A program made the translations under genes and the position numbers. Positions 39,886 to 49,343 of a stretch of 64,000 nt of DNA are shown here, in pieces. The notes below the pieces were generated by a model, which worked only from the letters and a program-made list of their open reading frames with translations, ran no database searches and was not told the origin of the DNA. The stretch is from Kiritimatiellia bacterium (GTDB lineage: Bacteria; Verrucomicrobiota; Kiritimatiellia; CAIKKV01; CAITUY01). Within the stretch, counting starts at the first letter, position 1. Each line of letters opens with the position of its first letter. The stretch covers positions 67 to 64,066 of the forward strand of contig JBBQNS010000004.1 of assembly GCA_038330175.1 (NCBI GenBank). The letters run 5' to 3'.

Positions 39886-40768
39886 ACACGGTATCCATGA
39901 AATTGCGCTCGACCCGGGTAAACAGGACCACTCCAAGCACCAACACCACCAGGGCAAATCCCGCGCTGTACAAAAGATGAACTGGCGCAAAGGTGCCCGT
40001 CCCCATGAATGCATATCGGAATGACTCAATAACGGAGGTCAGCGGATTGGCCAGCATCAACAGTCGATAGTTCCCATGCAAAGATGAGAGTGGAAAAATC
40101 GCAGGAGTCGTGTACATCAATAATTGCACGCCAAAGGTCAGCAGGAAGCGTAGGTCACGGTATTTGGTCGTTAGGGCAGAGAAAATGATACCTAATCCCA
40201 GCGCCAGACCCGCCATGATGAGCATCATGATCGGCAAAAGCCAAAGTACAGAAGTTGGATGAATGGAAGCGCCTGACAAGAAATACCACACCCAGAAGCA
40301 GGCGAAAAAAGCTAACCGCAGCCCAAATTGAATCAGCTCCGAAATCACAATAGAGACGGGCACAGAAAGCCTGGGGAAATACACCTTTCCGAAAATATGA
40401 GCATTAGACACAAAGGTGCTGGATGTGGAATTCAATACCCCGGCAAAATATCCCCATACAATCTGACCCGACATATAGAATAACAACTTAGGTAGGCCGT
40501 CCGTTGAGAGCCCAGCCATCGTGCCAAAGACCAACGTGAAAACCAACGTTGCCAAAAGGGGCTGAAGCACAAACCAAAGCGGCCCCAAGATCGTCTGTTT
40601 GTATTGAGCTACAAAATCACGTCGAATAAACAAGAGAATCAGATCGCGGTATCGCCATAAATCGCGGAGATGTAAATCAAACCAAGCGGCTTGAGGACGC
40701 AGAACCACATCCCATTTCTCAGGATCATCTGGGATTGGCACGTCTTGAATCTCCGAAGCCGGGCGCAT
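39884..40768 (-). CDS. wzm: ABC-2 type polysaccharide export permease (Wzm/TagG-like)
   Basis: Six TM segments and ABC-2 family organisation. It is adjacent to wzt. Confidence 0.8.
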   Translation of the reverse strand: MRPASEIQDVPIPDDPEKWDVVLRPQAAWFDLHLRDLWRYRDLILLFIRRDFVAQYKQTILGPLWFVLQPLLATLVFTLVFGTMAGLSTDGLPKLLFYMSGQIVWGYFAGVLNSTSSTFVSNAHIFGKVYFPRLSVPVSIVISELIQFGLRLAFFACFWVWYFLSGASIHPTSVLWLLPIMMLIMAGLALGLGIIFSALTTKYRDLRFLLTFGVQLLMYTTPAIFPLSSLHGNYRLLMLANPLTSVIESFRYAFMGTGTFAPVHLLYSAGFALVVLVLGVVLFTRVERNFMDTV

Positions 40769-41217
40769 CAGAAATCACCTCGTGGATAATCAGGCTTATT
40801 TCTCCGCCACCAAGCCCCTTGTCTCCAGAACCTCCATCCTCCTCCAATTCCCATGAAAGAGGCTACTAACATACAAATCACGGGCGCACGGAGCCGAAAG
40901 TCAACAAGTGAATGAAGCGCTACCCCCAGCAAAGCAAGAGACAAACAATAACGTCCCCAACGCCCTAAATCGAAATAGGAACGCCCTCGAACAGCGGGCA
41001 GAAACCACATCATTACCAATGTGCTCCCAAGTAATACGGTGCCCACCAAACCAAATTCCGCAAGAATCTGAAAATACTCATTATGGGCGTGACGGAAAAA
41101 ACCCGGGATATCCGATGGCTGATAGTAGGGAAACACTTCCGAAAAAGTTCCGGCGCCTGAACCAGCCACCCAGCGATCTGAAATCAGACGAATAACTCCG
41201 CTCAAGGGATGTGACAT
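40768..41217 (-). pseudogene. O-antigen ligase (Wzy_C/WaaL-like) C-terminal domain only
   Basis: It contains the Wzy_C signature HAHNEYFQILAEFGLVG. At 149 aa it is much shorter than the ~400 aa of full ligases. Confidence 0.45.
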
Positions 41218-41525
41218 CCTGCATTAAACCTGAAAATAAATACCGCAATTATTCCCCCCTTACTTATTATTCATAACTATATATCATTCCGATATTTGCA
41301 ACAAGGCTAAAAGGGTATGTTTTCTATACATTTTTCAGGGCAGTCATGTCGATGTCGATGTCGAGGAACGAGATGCAAAAGTTCCAGCCACAGATGATGC
41401 AGGGGCGTATAATGTTCTGGTCGGCATACAGCGCATCAAAATGTCACTGATCGAGTGTAATACACGCTTTGTGGACAAGCCTTAGCAGCGAGAGTATTTT
41501 CATACGCAACAACAGGAAAAAAAGC

Positions 41526-42017
41526 ATGCCCCTTACCAACAATGATACATTTAAAAGGCTTCGTTATAATCTAAACCTGAACGATAACAAGCTTGTCGAG
41601 ATTTTCAGGCTGGGCAACTTACCTCTTGATCGCGAGGTGATCCAAAATATGATGAAAAAAGACGGCGAGGAAGGATACATCGCGTGTTCCGATGCGGTGC
41701 TCTCCTCTTTCCGTGACGGTCTAATCATCAAGCGCAGGGGGAAGCGTGAGAATGCGCCACCGGCTGTATATAATTCCGAGTTTTGTCTGAGCAATAATGA
41801 CATCCTTAAAAAGCTGCGTATCGCCCTTGAATTAAAGGAAGATGATGTACTGGCTCTCATGAAAAAGGCAAAAATAGATATTACGCGCTCCGGGCTCAGC
41901 GCTCTGTTTCGTCAGAGAGACCACAAAAACTACAAACCTTGCGGAGATCAGTTCCTGAGAAACTTCATAGCGGGGCTGAAAGATCTGTATAATAATGAAG
42001 TCCCCCTCGTACATTGA
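41526..42017 (+). CDS. DUF1456 (YehS-like) protein
   Basis: Two tandem DUF1456-type repeats (..NDTFKRLRYNLNLNDNKLVEIF.. and ..NNDILKKLRIALELKEDDVLALMKKA..). Confidence 0.65.
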   Translation: MPLTNNDTFKRLRYNLNLNDNKLVEIFRLGNLPLDREVIQNMMKKDGEEGYIACSDAVLSSFRDGLIIKRRGKRENAPPAVYNSEFCLSNNDILKKLRIALELKEDDVLALMKKAKIDITRSGLSALFRQRDHKNYKPCGDQFLRNFIAGLKDLYNNEVPLVH

Positions 42018-42606
42018 TGTCGATGTGAGCGCGATTTCCGGGCTCACACATAACTGCTTCGGATGCCCAAGCACTGACGCCTGCTGTTGCGCCCGATATG
42101 AAGTGTGCGTCAGCAGGAGGGAAATGGAAACCATTACAGGTTTACTCCCGCATGTCGTGAAATTCTGTCCCGGATTGAACGGGAAGAAGGGTTTTGACAA
42201 TGTATTCGATGAGGTTGAGCGTGGCTTGTTTGCCATTGATACGCATGAAAATGGACTTTGTGTGTTTGCTTACAAATACAAGTCGGCCATTCGTTGTTCT
42301 TTGCACAGCGTGGCCGAACAATTAGGCAAATCCGCTCACCTGCTTAAGCCCTATGCCTGTACCCTCTGGCCTCTGGTACTGCGTGAGCCTCCGCATGCGG
42401 CTCTATCTATCTGTGACGATGCCCTGCAACTCCCCTGCAATAAAGCGTGTAAGGAGAAAGGAACCATTTCGCCCGAGATACTTGACTCGATCACGAAGAT
42501 ATTCGGTGTAAAGGCAAGTGATCAGATCAGCAGGGCCGCCCGGAACAAACTACCCACCACCAGAGTACGGTTAAGCGGTCCCGTTGGGCGACCTTCATTG
42601 ACGTAA
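41995..42606 (+). CDS. Cys-rich DUF3109-like protein
   Basis: Multiple CxxC/CC clusters (..HNCFGCPSTDACCCARYEVC.. ..LPCNKACKEK..). The assignment is tentative. Confidence 0.4.
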   Translation: MKSPSYIDVDVSAISGLTHNCFGCPSTDACCCARYEVCVSRREMETITGLLPHVVKFCPGLNGKKGFDNVFDEVERGLFAIDTHENGLCVFAYKYKSAIRCSLHSVAEQLGKSAHLLKPYACTLWPLVLREPPHAALSICDDALQLPCNKACKEKGTISPEILDSITKIFGVKASDQISRAARNKLPTTRVRLSGPVGRPSLT

Positions 42607-42756
42607 AAGAAATTCACCAGCCGCGCTCTTCCCGCTGCGCCTGTGAGGACACAGGTGCCTACACTTGCTTCGCTCTCTCGTTGTCGCACTCTGCTCACTA
42701 CACGTGCTCGCTCTCTCTTGTGTAGTAGCGGCTGTCCCCAGCCGCGCTCTTTCCGC

Positions 42757-43689
42757 TTAGATCAGTCGGGTCCCCTGGGAGTCGACGGTAGTGACCCAGC
42801 TTTTGGAGGCAATTCCCAGGGAATTGAAAGTCAACACCATTTGTTTTTCAATAGCCCGCGCCTTTTGGAGGTTGTCAGTAATGGCAAACACCGTGGGGCC
42901 AGATCCCGAAATGGTAACCCCATCGGCGCCTGCTTTGAGTGCATTTTTCTTTACCAGATCAAAGCCCGGGATCAATTTGGATCGGACGGGTTCAACAATG
43001 ACGTCGTTCAGGCATCTTGAAAACAGGGAATAATCATTTTTGGCAAAAGCGGCCGTGATCAGCGCCGTATTCGCCATATTCGCAATAAAAGACTCCATGG
43101 GAACTTGGCTGGGCAACATCTTGCGCGCTTCACGGGTCAGGACAACAACGTTCGGAGTTACCAGTACGATTTTCAAACTTCGGATGGAGCCAATTCGGGT
43201 AACGTCCAAGGGAACGCAACATCGGGTTAGGGTCGCCCCGCCCATCAGCGCGGGTGCCGTATTGTCCGCAAAAAACCCACCTGAGACAACGGCTTCAGCC
43301 TCTGTAGCTGCCAATATGAGTTGTTCCAGGCTAAGTTGAGCCCCATAAAGGATATTCGCGGCAAAAGCGCCTGCTGCAGCAGAGGCCGCGCTTGAGCCTA
43401 GTCCGGAGCCGATGGGTAATCCCTTGTATAGGGTAATCTCAATTCCGCCCTTGATATTGAGATATTTAAAAACATTTGCCGCGGCCAGGGCGGCGGTATT
43501 TTTCTTGGGGTCTGCAGAAAGCGGAACCGGCGAATGAACCGCCGCAATACGGATTTTGCCGCCCGACAAACGACGCGCCTCGACAACATCCCCGAGATTT
43601 TTAACCGCAAGCCCCAAAACATCGAAGCCAGGCCCGATATTTCCGATCGTTGCAGGAGAAAACACTTTGATCTGTTTCATGGCGCTCAT
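42757..43689 (-). CDS. thrB: homoserine kinase
   Basis: GHMP kinase motif ..LPIGSGLGSSAASAAAGAFA.. The start is ambiguous (43689 or 43680). Confidence 0.85.
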   Translation of the reverse strand: MSAMKQIKVFSPATIGNIGPGFDVLGLAVKNLGDVVEARRLSGGKIRIAAVHSPVPLSADPKKNTAALAAANVFKYLNIKGGIEITLYKGLPIGSGLGSSAASAAAGAFAANILYGAQLSLEQLILAATEAEAVVSGGFFADNTAPALMGGATLTRCCVPLDVTRIGSIRSLKIVLVTPNVVVLTREARKMLPSQVPMESFIANMANTALITAAFAKNDYSLFSRCLNDVIVEPVRSKLIPGFDLVKKNALKAGADGVTISGSGPTVFAITDNLQKARAIEKQMVLTFNSLGIASKSWVTTVDSQGTRLI

Positions 43690-43857
43690 CTTCACAAGGA
43701 GCGCATCACGCCGCAATCAAAAATTTTAGCCTTGTTTGCTGTTGTCTTGAATCATTGGATTCCAGTATATTAGCGGCTCATTTGTCTCAATGAGGAATAT
43801 ATTATTAGCCTGAAAAATAAAGAAATTCTTGATTATCATGTTGGTGGCAAAATCGGC

Positions 43858-44307
43858 ATGCGTGTAACTAAAAAGCTCACCGGCCCGGATGATCTCTCCC
43901 TCGCCTATACCCCCGGAGTAGCTTTACCCGTCAAGGAAATCGCCCACGATCGTGAGGCGCTCTACTGTTGCACGGCAAAAGAAAACCTGGTTGCCGTGGT
44001 GTCCGACGGCACCGCTATTCTTGGACTGGGCGACCTGGGCGCAGAAGCCAGTATCCCGGTAATGGAAGGGAAAGCCGTTCTTTTCAAAGATTTTGGTGAT
44101 GTTGATGGATGGCCCGTTCCGGTCAATCACTGCCGTATGGATGGAAAAAACACTGGTAAAACGGATCCACAACGGGTGATAGATACCGTCATGGCGATTG
44201 CGCCCATGTATGGTGGAATTAATCTGGAAGATATTACTGAATGGGGACAGGCTGCTTACCTTCTTCATGTTCACACCACGCCCGCTCACTCATGCCAGGC
44301 AACGTAG
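43858..44307 (+). pseudogene. NAD(P)-dependent malic enzyme, N-terminal ~135 aa only (3' part replaced by inserted cassette)
   Basis: ..LSLAYTPGVA..ENLVAVVSDGTAILGLGDLGAEASIPVMEGKAVLFKDFGDVD..GGINLEDI matches the MaeB N-terminal domain. Homology stops exactly at the left 23-bp direct repeat (44306). Confidence 0.7.
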
Positions 44308-44341
44308 TGCCTGGCCTACTGTTGAGGGTTGTGGATCCCAG

Positions 44342-44776
44342 CTAGAAGGGGTTCCATACACGCGCAAATCCGCAATCACGAAAATCTGATCCGTTACGGG
44401 TGGCAAACTCAGAAACACCGTGATGTTTCAGAATCATGGCAAGTCGCATGTCAAATAGGCGACGGTAGGCAAATGCCTGCCCTGCAGCATGCTGCCACAC
44501 CTGATCCATGATTCCATGGCCAGGCACGAGGTCGACGATTCGCCAGACGGGATTGGAGCGCAGTCCCCGGATGGTCACCACCGCCTTTTCGGACGAAAGA
44601 GGCGTCTGGCAAACGACCGGATTCCTTAACAGGCAATACAATTCCATGAGCACCTGCTCGCAAAGACAGAAGTCTGCTCGAGTACCGCAGGATTCCAGAA
44701 AACCCCGCGCCCGATCATGGAAAGGCGAATCTTTATTAAATGCCGGGAAGAGAATATTCGTGTCGCACGATATCAT
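44342..44776 (-). CDS. vapC: PIN-domain toxin (VapC-like)
   Basis: MISCDTNILFPAFN.. PIN N-terminal motif. It overlaps the upstream antitoxin gene by 4 nt. Confidence 0.65.
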   Translation of the reverse strand: MISCDTNILFPAFNKDSPFHDRARGFLESCGTRADFCLCEQVLMELYCLLRNPVVCQTPLSSEKAVVTIRGLRSNPVWRIVDLVPGHGIMDQVWQHAAGQAFAYRRLFDMRLAMILKHHGVSEFATRNGSDFRDCGFARVWNPF

Positions 44777-45063
44777 TTCCGGGGCGCCTTAACTTTGTAG
44801 TTCAAACCTGATTCAGCCACTTTGGCATGTTCCATGTGCAGTTGCTCCCGCCAATCAGCGATGACGAAAGGATCCGTGCCTCCCAGACTGTGGGCGGCAG
44901 GCAAATTCCAATCGGAGCGGGACAAGTCTGTTGGGGCGGAAACCGAAACCATGTATTCAAGTCCTCGCCGAACCAGCTCTGTTAACGAAATCTCCATGCG
45001 CGATGCCAGTTGCTTGGCGGAATCGTACAGGGTATCAGGAATCTGAACTTGAGTTCTTATCAT
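44773..45063 (-). CDS. antitoxin (VapB-like, RHH/CopG-type)
   Basis: MIRTQVQIPDTLYDSAKQLASRMEISLTELVRRGLEYM.. ribbon-helix-helix-type antitoxin. Confidence 0.6.
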   Translation of the reverse strand: MIRTQVQIPDTLYDSAKQLASRMEISLTELVRRGLEYMVSVSAPTDLSRSDWNLPAAHSLGGTDPFVIADWREQLHMEHAKVAESGLNYKVKAPRK

Positions 45064-45433
45064 GATTAAAAAATAACATCACATGGATATGATGTAAACT
45101 TAAAAAACGGAATGCTGAAGAGGCACTTGTAAAACCTAGAATCCAGGGAAGCGTAAAGTGCCAAGTTATTTTCCGGCGAGATCAGGAAGTCTGAGGCTGC
45201 GGAGGACAAGAGTGCCTGGCTTACTGTTGAGGGCTCCTCAGTACGGTGGGCACCTACTCACTTACTCACGGCTGCCAGCGGAAGAAGTTGTTCTTGCCGA
45301 TTGCGCCTGCGGCGTACTCGCCGCTGGCGCCTTTGCGTGCTTCTGTTCAAAATCTTCCTCTTGGCTCCGGCTATGCTGGGTTAGGATCATGGGCATGATT
45401 GGTGAGCACCTGCTTCCAGGCCTCCACGAGAAA

Positions 45434-45706
45434 CTACTGCGGGATGCCAGCACCCTGGAGGTTGGTGCCCCGCCCCAATACACAATCGTGGTAGCCGAAC
45501 CCGGCAAAAATCTGGGGCATTTGGGAGGGGTGCTCAAACATATCGCAGATAAAACCAACAGGCATAGGTTCAACGCCCCACTCATTCGAAATACGGCGGC
45601 CCAACAATAGATTGCGAATCAGCGCTTCATCCCCCACACAGAACAGGTCCGGCATGGTGTACCACTGCCCGACCAAAATGCGTCCCGACCGTATCAGTGC
45701 CCCCAA
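45434..45706 (-). pseudogene. glycoside hydrolase family 38 (alpha-mannosidase) N-terminal fragment
   Basis: ..LLLGRRISNEWGVEPMPVGFICDMFEHPSQMPQIFAGFGYHDCVLGRG.. parallels the GH38 consensus ..G..P..GW.PD.FGHS.Q.PQIL...G....F.RG. Confidence 0.5.
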
Positions 45707-45838
45707 GTGGGGTCTAGCTAAAAAATTCAGATCGGATGGCGAAATCCCGCTCTGGACTCAAGAAATACACGGGCAGTGTCACAAACTGATTTCTCAACTC
45801 CGGCCAGAAGGACCGTTTCAGAGCCACGGGGACACAAT

Positions 45839-46640
45839 TCAGGCGTAACTTTGTCGGCGGATTCCCCCCTCCGGCAGGGCGTAATGCGGAAAACAGGCTC
45901 TAAAAGTAGTCCCCTTTCCCAACTCGCTGCTGACGGTTATAAATCCGTTATTCTGCTTTAAAATGCCATTAACAGTAGAAAGCCCCATTCCATAACCTTC
46001 GCCTACATCCTTGGTTGTGAAAAAAGGCTCGAAAATATGATCGATTGTGGCCTGATCCATTCCACACCCGGTGTCGCTCATCGAAAGCATGACATACTGG
46101 CCGGGAATTGCTTCGGCATTGCCACTTATCAAACCATCTGCATTGAGGCTGTGAGGAATAACGTTAATGCGCTCAATCGGAACGCCCTCTTTTTTCAACA
46201 TCGCAAGCAGTTCCTCCGTCTGAGGTTCAAGCATCAAGCGTTTTCCAACCAAATCGTGAAGCGTGCGAATGCCCGGGGCAGCATAAATAGCATAGGGGGA
46301 TTGCTGAAATATCACAGCTAAAACGACGACGGGATTCCCTGCTGCCCGCGCCAAAAGCAATCCACTCGTACCTACCCCGAATTCCGCTTTGCCTGTAACC
46401 ACCTCGCTCACCGGATCGGTATCTGGAGCGGCTTCTTTGATTGTAACATCCAAACCGGCTTCCCGAATAGTAGCCCTGCTCTTTTGTCGCATAATAACCG
46501 GCAAACTGATAAGCATGCGTCCATTTAAGTTGCAAGGTAACAGGTTCAAGCGCCGTAACAGGCAAAGCGAAAAGAAAGGAAGCAATCAGCAGCATGGTGC
46601 CGACCAACCAGATACGGCGTGAAAAATATTCCATTTCTGG
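45839..46640 (-). pseudogene. sensor histidine kinase with NMT1/SsuA-like periplasmic binding domain, frameshifted and lacking HisKA
   Basis: The N-terminus MEYFSRRIWLVGTMLLIASFLFALPVTALEPVTLQLKWTHAYQFAGYYATKEQGYY (ORF 46227-46652) continues in another frame (45839-46585). It runs through the SBP-like segment straight into the HATPase G-boxes (..SDTGCGM..GYGMGLSTV..) with no H-box. Confidence 0.55.
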
Positions 46641-46730
46641 TATCTCCTTCAATGATTTCTAACCGTGATAGTTACACGAAACGGTTAATCTGTCGAGGAT
46701 AGCCTGCAATCTGGGAAGCTATTCGAAGCG

Positions 46731-49262
46731 TTAGGGCCGGACACCTGCCCCCCCGTGAAACCGGAAATCGGGTGGAACGGCCCGAGCACAAACCATAGCG
46801 GCCCGAAGCGGACGCAGGGACCGAACGTGAATGCGCCTGATCTCGCCCGGGAGCAGGTCAAAATAATCATCTGCAGGCATGGCGCCAGCAGGCAACTCCA
46901 GATGCACAGCGTGGGCATAGGTTGCGGATCGCACCTCAACCGTATCGCCACGAATCACACGTACCATTAGTTGTGCCGGACTAATCTGTAACTGCCGGTA
47001 ATCCATCGCCCGCAGACTTGCCGGCAAGATATCGCTCTTCCCCACCGGCTTGGCCACCCACAGGCCCGCAGCGGCGTCATGACGACCGCGCCGGAATCGA
47101 GCCACCTCGGTCCGGGCCGCCGCCCTGGCAGTAACCCGGCGACAGTTCAGATCAGCACTCTTGCCATCAAAGCTAATGTAGCCGCACTCGAGCTCAAGTT
47201 TGACATCATCCCGCGTGTCATTGGCGGCTATGACACGGATATCATTCCCTTCGGCACGCAGGATCAGCCGCACCGGCGCCAGGGCGCGACGCACGAAGTA
47301 GAATGACGGCTTCCGCCGGAGGAGATAGTCAATGATCGTCCAGCCAATCTCGCCCCAGCAATCGTTGTACATCCAGAAGAGTCCGCCGTGACAGTTGGCA
47401 CGGGCCCGGAAGGATTCCAAGGAATACCCGTACATCAGGCCCTGGCAAAGCCCTGAATAGAGGAAATACTCGTCCACCGTCAACCCCTCCAGATCCTTGT
47501 AATGCTTGCGAATACCGGCGTCCACCGTATCTTTCTCGAAGGTGTTGTTATGGTGCTGCCATACCCGGCCATGGCGATCAAAGTCGGCCCCATCCAGATA
47601 CGTTTCAACCGTCTTGCGCACCGGCGCACCGATATAGCCGTACTCTGAAACAAAGAGCGACTGGCATTTGTCGTATTCCTCCGGCGTGATACGCTTCGGC
47701 ATGTCGGGATTCATCATGCAGTCGCCCCAGTGGTGCCGGTCACCCACCCCCTCCTCGTTCGGGGTGGTTTCGCCACCATAGGGCGAACCGTTCCAGTAGG
47801 GAATTTCCGGGCAATTGCGCCTCACCACATCGGGCAGCAGTTCATTGAAAATCCAGGCGCCGCCACGGGTTCGCTCCTGCCACCAATCCTTGAAGCCCCA
47901 GTTGATTTCATTGCTGCCGCTCCACAGCGCCAGGCAGGGATGCTGCCGCAAACGCCGGGTCTGGTAATCGGCCTCCCGCTCCGCCTCCAACCGGAACCAC
48001 TCCAGATGATCGGGATACGGCGCGCAGGCGTACATGAAGTCCTGCCAGATCAGGATGCCATATCGGTCGCAGGCGTCGTAAAAGGCCTCCGACTCATATA
48101 AGCCTCCACCCCAGACCCTTAACATGTTGAAGTTGGCTTCACGCGCCTCACGCACCAGGGTCTCGTATTTGGCCGAAGGGGTTCGGGCATAGATCGAATC
48201 CGCAGGGATCCAATTGGCGCCCTTGCAGAACACTTTGACGCCATTGACGCGGACCGCGAATGTCCCCTTGCTGGTATCCAGTTCGACAAATCGGATTCCG
48301 GTGTTGAAAGCCGGAAAGACCGCAGTTTCGTCCCCTACGCAAACGGTCGCCTCGACGCGATGCAAATGGTGTTCGCCATAGCCATTGGGCCACCAGAGTT
48401 GTGGACGCTCCAATCGGATCATCAAGTCGATGTGGTTGCTCCCCGAGCGTAGGAGTCCGGTCCATTCGGCAACATGCCGGTGGCCGTTCGGCTCGGTGAC
48501 CGCGAGGGTCACCGTACCGTCCAGGGTCTTCCAGTAATGCAATTGATCCACCGTAACCGCCGCTTTCAGCAGGATTTCATTAGCAACGTGGCGGACGGGC
48601 TGGAGGTGAACCTGGCGGATACAGGCCGTCTTAAGCAGCCTCAATTTCACATCCCCGGCGATGGCCGTGGTGGCCAGACGCGGACCCCAGTCCCAGCCAA
48701 ATGAATATTGCGGCTTGCGGACCATGACACGCCTTTGATCGCCACGCTCCGGGCGTCCGTTTCCCGCCTCAGTACCAGCCCGCACCCCGTCCGGCGCATC
48801 CAAGTCCGATTCACAGACAGTTTCGGTTCCGGTGGTCAAGCGTACCAGCAGGCTATTCTTTCCCGCCTGCAGGAACGGTTTAACGTCGAGGATGAAAGGG
48901 CGGAACGTATTGCGGTGCGAGCCGAGCGGCAGGCCATTAAGAAAGATCTCAGCATTGGAATCAAGGCCGTTGAGTTCAAGCTCCACACGATCGGCCTCTT
49001 TCCAACCCGCAGGCGCCTTGAAGGTCCGGCGGTACCACCAGGAACGATCCTCAGTCCACCGGCAATCGAAGCTGTTCAATCCGAGCAGCGGCTCCTTGAT
49101 CCGTCCGGCGGCAATGAGCGCCTGATGGATATCGCCTGGCACCGGCGCGCTCAACCAGCCCTCCGGCGCATGGTTCAACACCAACGCCTTCGAGCCGGTC
49201 TCGCACCCCAGAACGTCGTCTCGCAGTTCCCATTTCCCGTTCAGTGATACTTCATGAAACAT
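46731..49262 (-). CDS. glycoside hydrolase family 2, beta-mannosidase-like
   Basis: 843 aa. N-terminal ..LNGKWEL.. sugar-binding domain start and GH2 catalytic TIM-barrel region (..NEINW.., ..WQDFMYAC..). Confidence 0.8.
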   Translation of the reverse strand: MFHEVSLNGKWELRDDVLGCETGSKALVLNHAPEGWLSAPVPGDIHQALIAAGRIKEPLLGLNSFDCRWTEDRSWWYRRTFKAPAGWKEADRVELELNGLDSNAEIFLNGLPLGSHRNTFRPFILDVKPFLQAGKNSLLVRLTTGTETVCESDLDAPDGVRAGTEAGNGRPERGDQRRVMVRKPQYSFGWDWGPRLATTAIAGDVKLRLLKTACIRQVHLQPVRHVANEILLKAAVTVDQLHYWKTLDGTVTLAVTEPNGHRHVAEWTGLLRSGSNHIDLMIRLERPQLWWPNGYGEHHLHRVEATVCVGDETAVFPAFNTGIRFVELDTSKGTFAVRVNGVKVFCKGANWIPADSIYARTPSAKYETLVREAREANFNMLRVWGGGLYESEAFYDACDRYGILIWQDFMYACAPYPDHLEWFRLEAEREADYQTRRLRQHPCLALWSGSNEINWGFKDWWQERTRGGAWIFNELLPDVVRRNCPEIPYWNGSPYGGETTPNEEGVGDRHHWGDCMMNPDMPKRITPEEYDKCQSLFVSEYGYIGAPVRKTVETYLDGADFDRHGRVWQHHNNTFEKDTVDAGIRKHYKDLEGLTVDEYFLYSGLCQGLMYGYSLESFRARANCHGGLFWMYNDCWGEIGWTIIDYLLRRKPSFYFVRRALAPVRLILRAEGNDIRVIAANDTRDDVKLELECGYISFDGKSADLNCRRVTARAAARTEVARFRRGRHDAAAGLWVAKPVGKSDILPASLRAMDYRQLQISPAQLMVRVIRGDTVEVRSATYAHAVHLELPAGAMPADDYFDLLPGEIRRIHVRSLRPLRAAMVCARAVPPDFRFHGGAGVRP

Positions 49263-49343
49263 ACATCAACTCCTTGCGGCACCTGCAAACCACATGGACG
49301 TCTTCGCCACATCCACTTGCGACATTCCCACAAGCGTGGGCGG

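Noticed and set aside
41340-41370. gtcgatgtcgatgtcgagg tandem hexamer
   Set aside because: Too short (about 3 units). It is likely slippage within a promoter region and has no associated structure.
45158-45610. 150-aa plus-strand ORF following the right direct repeat of the TA cassette; considered as the missing 3' part of malic enzyme
   Set aside because: The translation shows no malic-enzyme motifs (no NAD-binding GxGxxG region). It overlaps a GH38-like fragment on the other strand and is most likely non-coding decay DNA.
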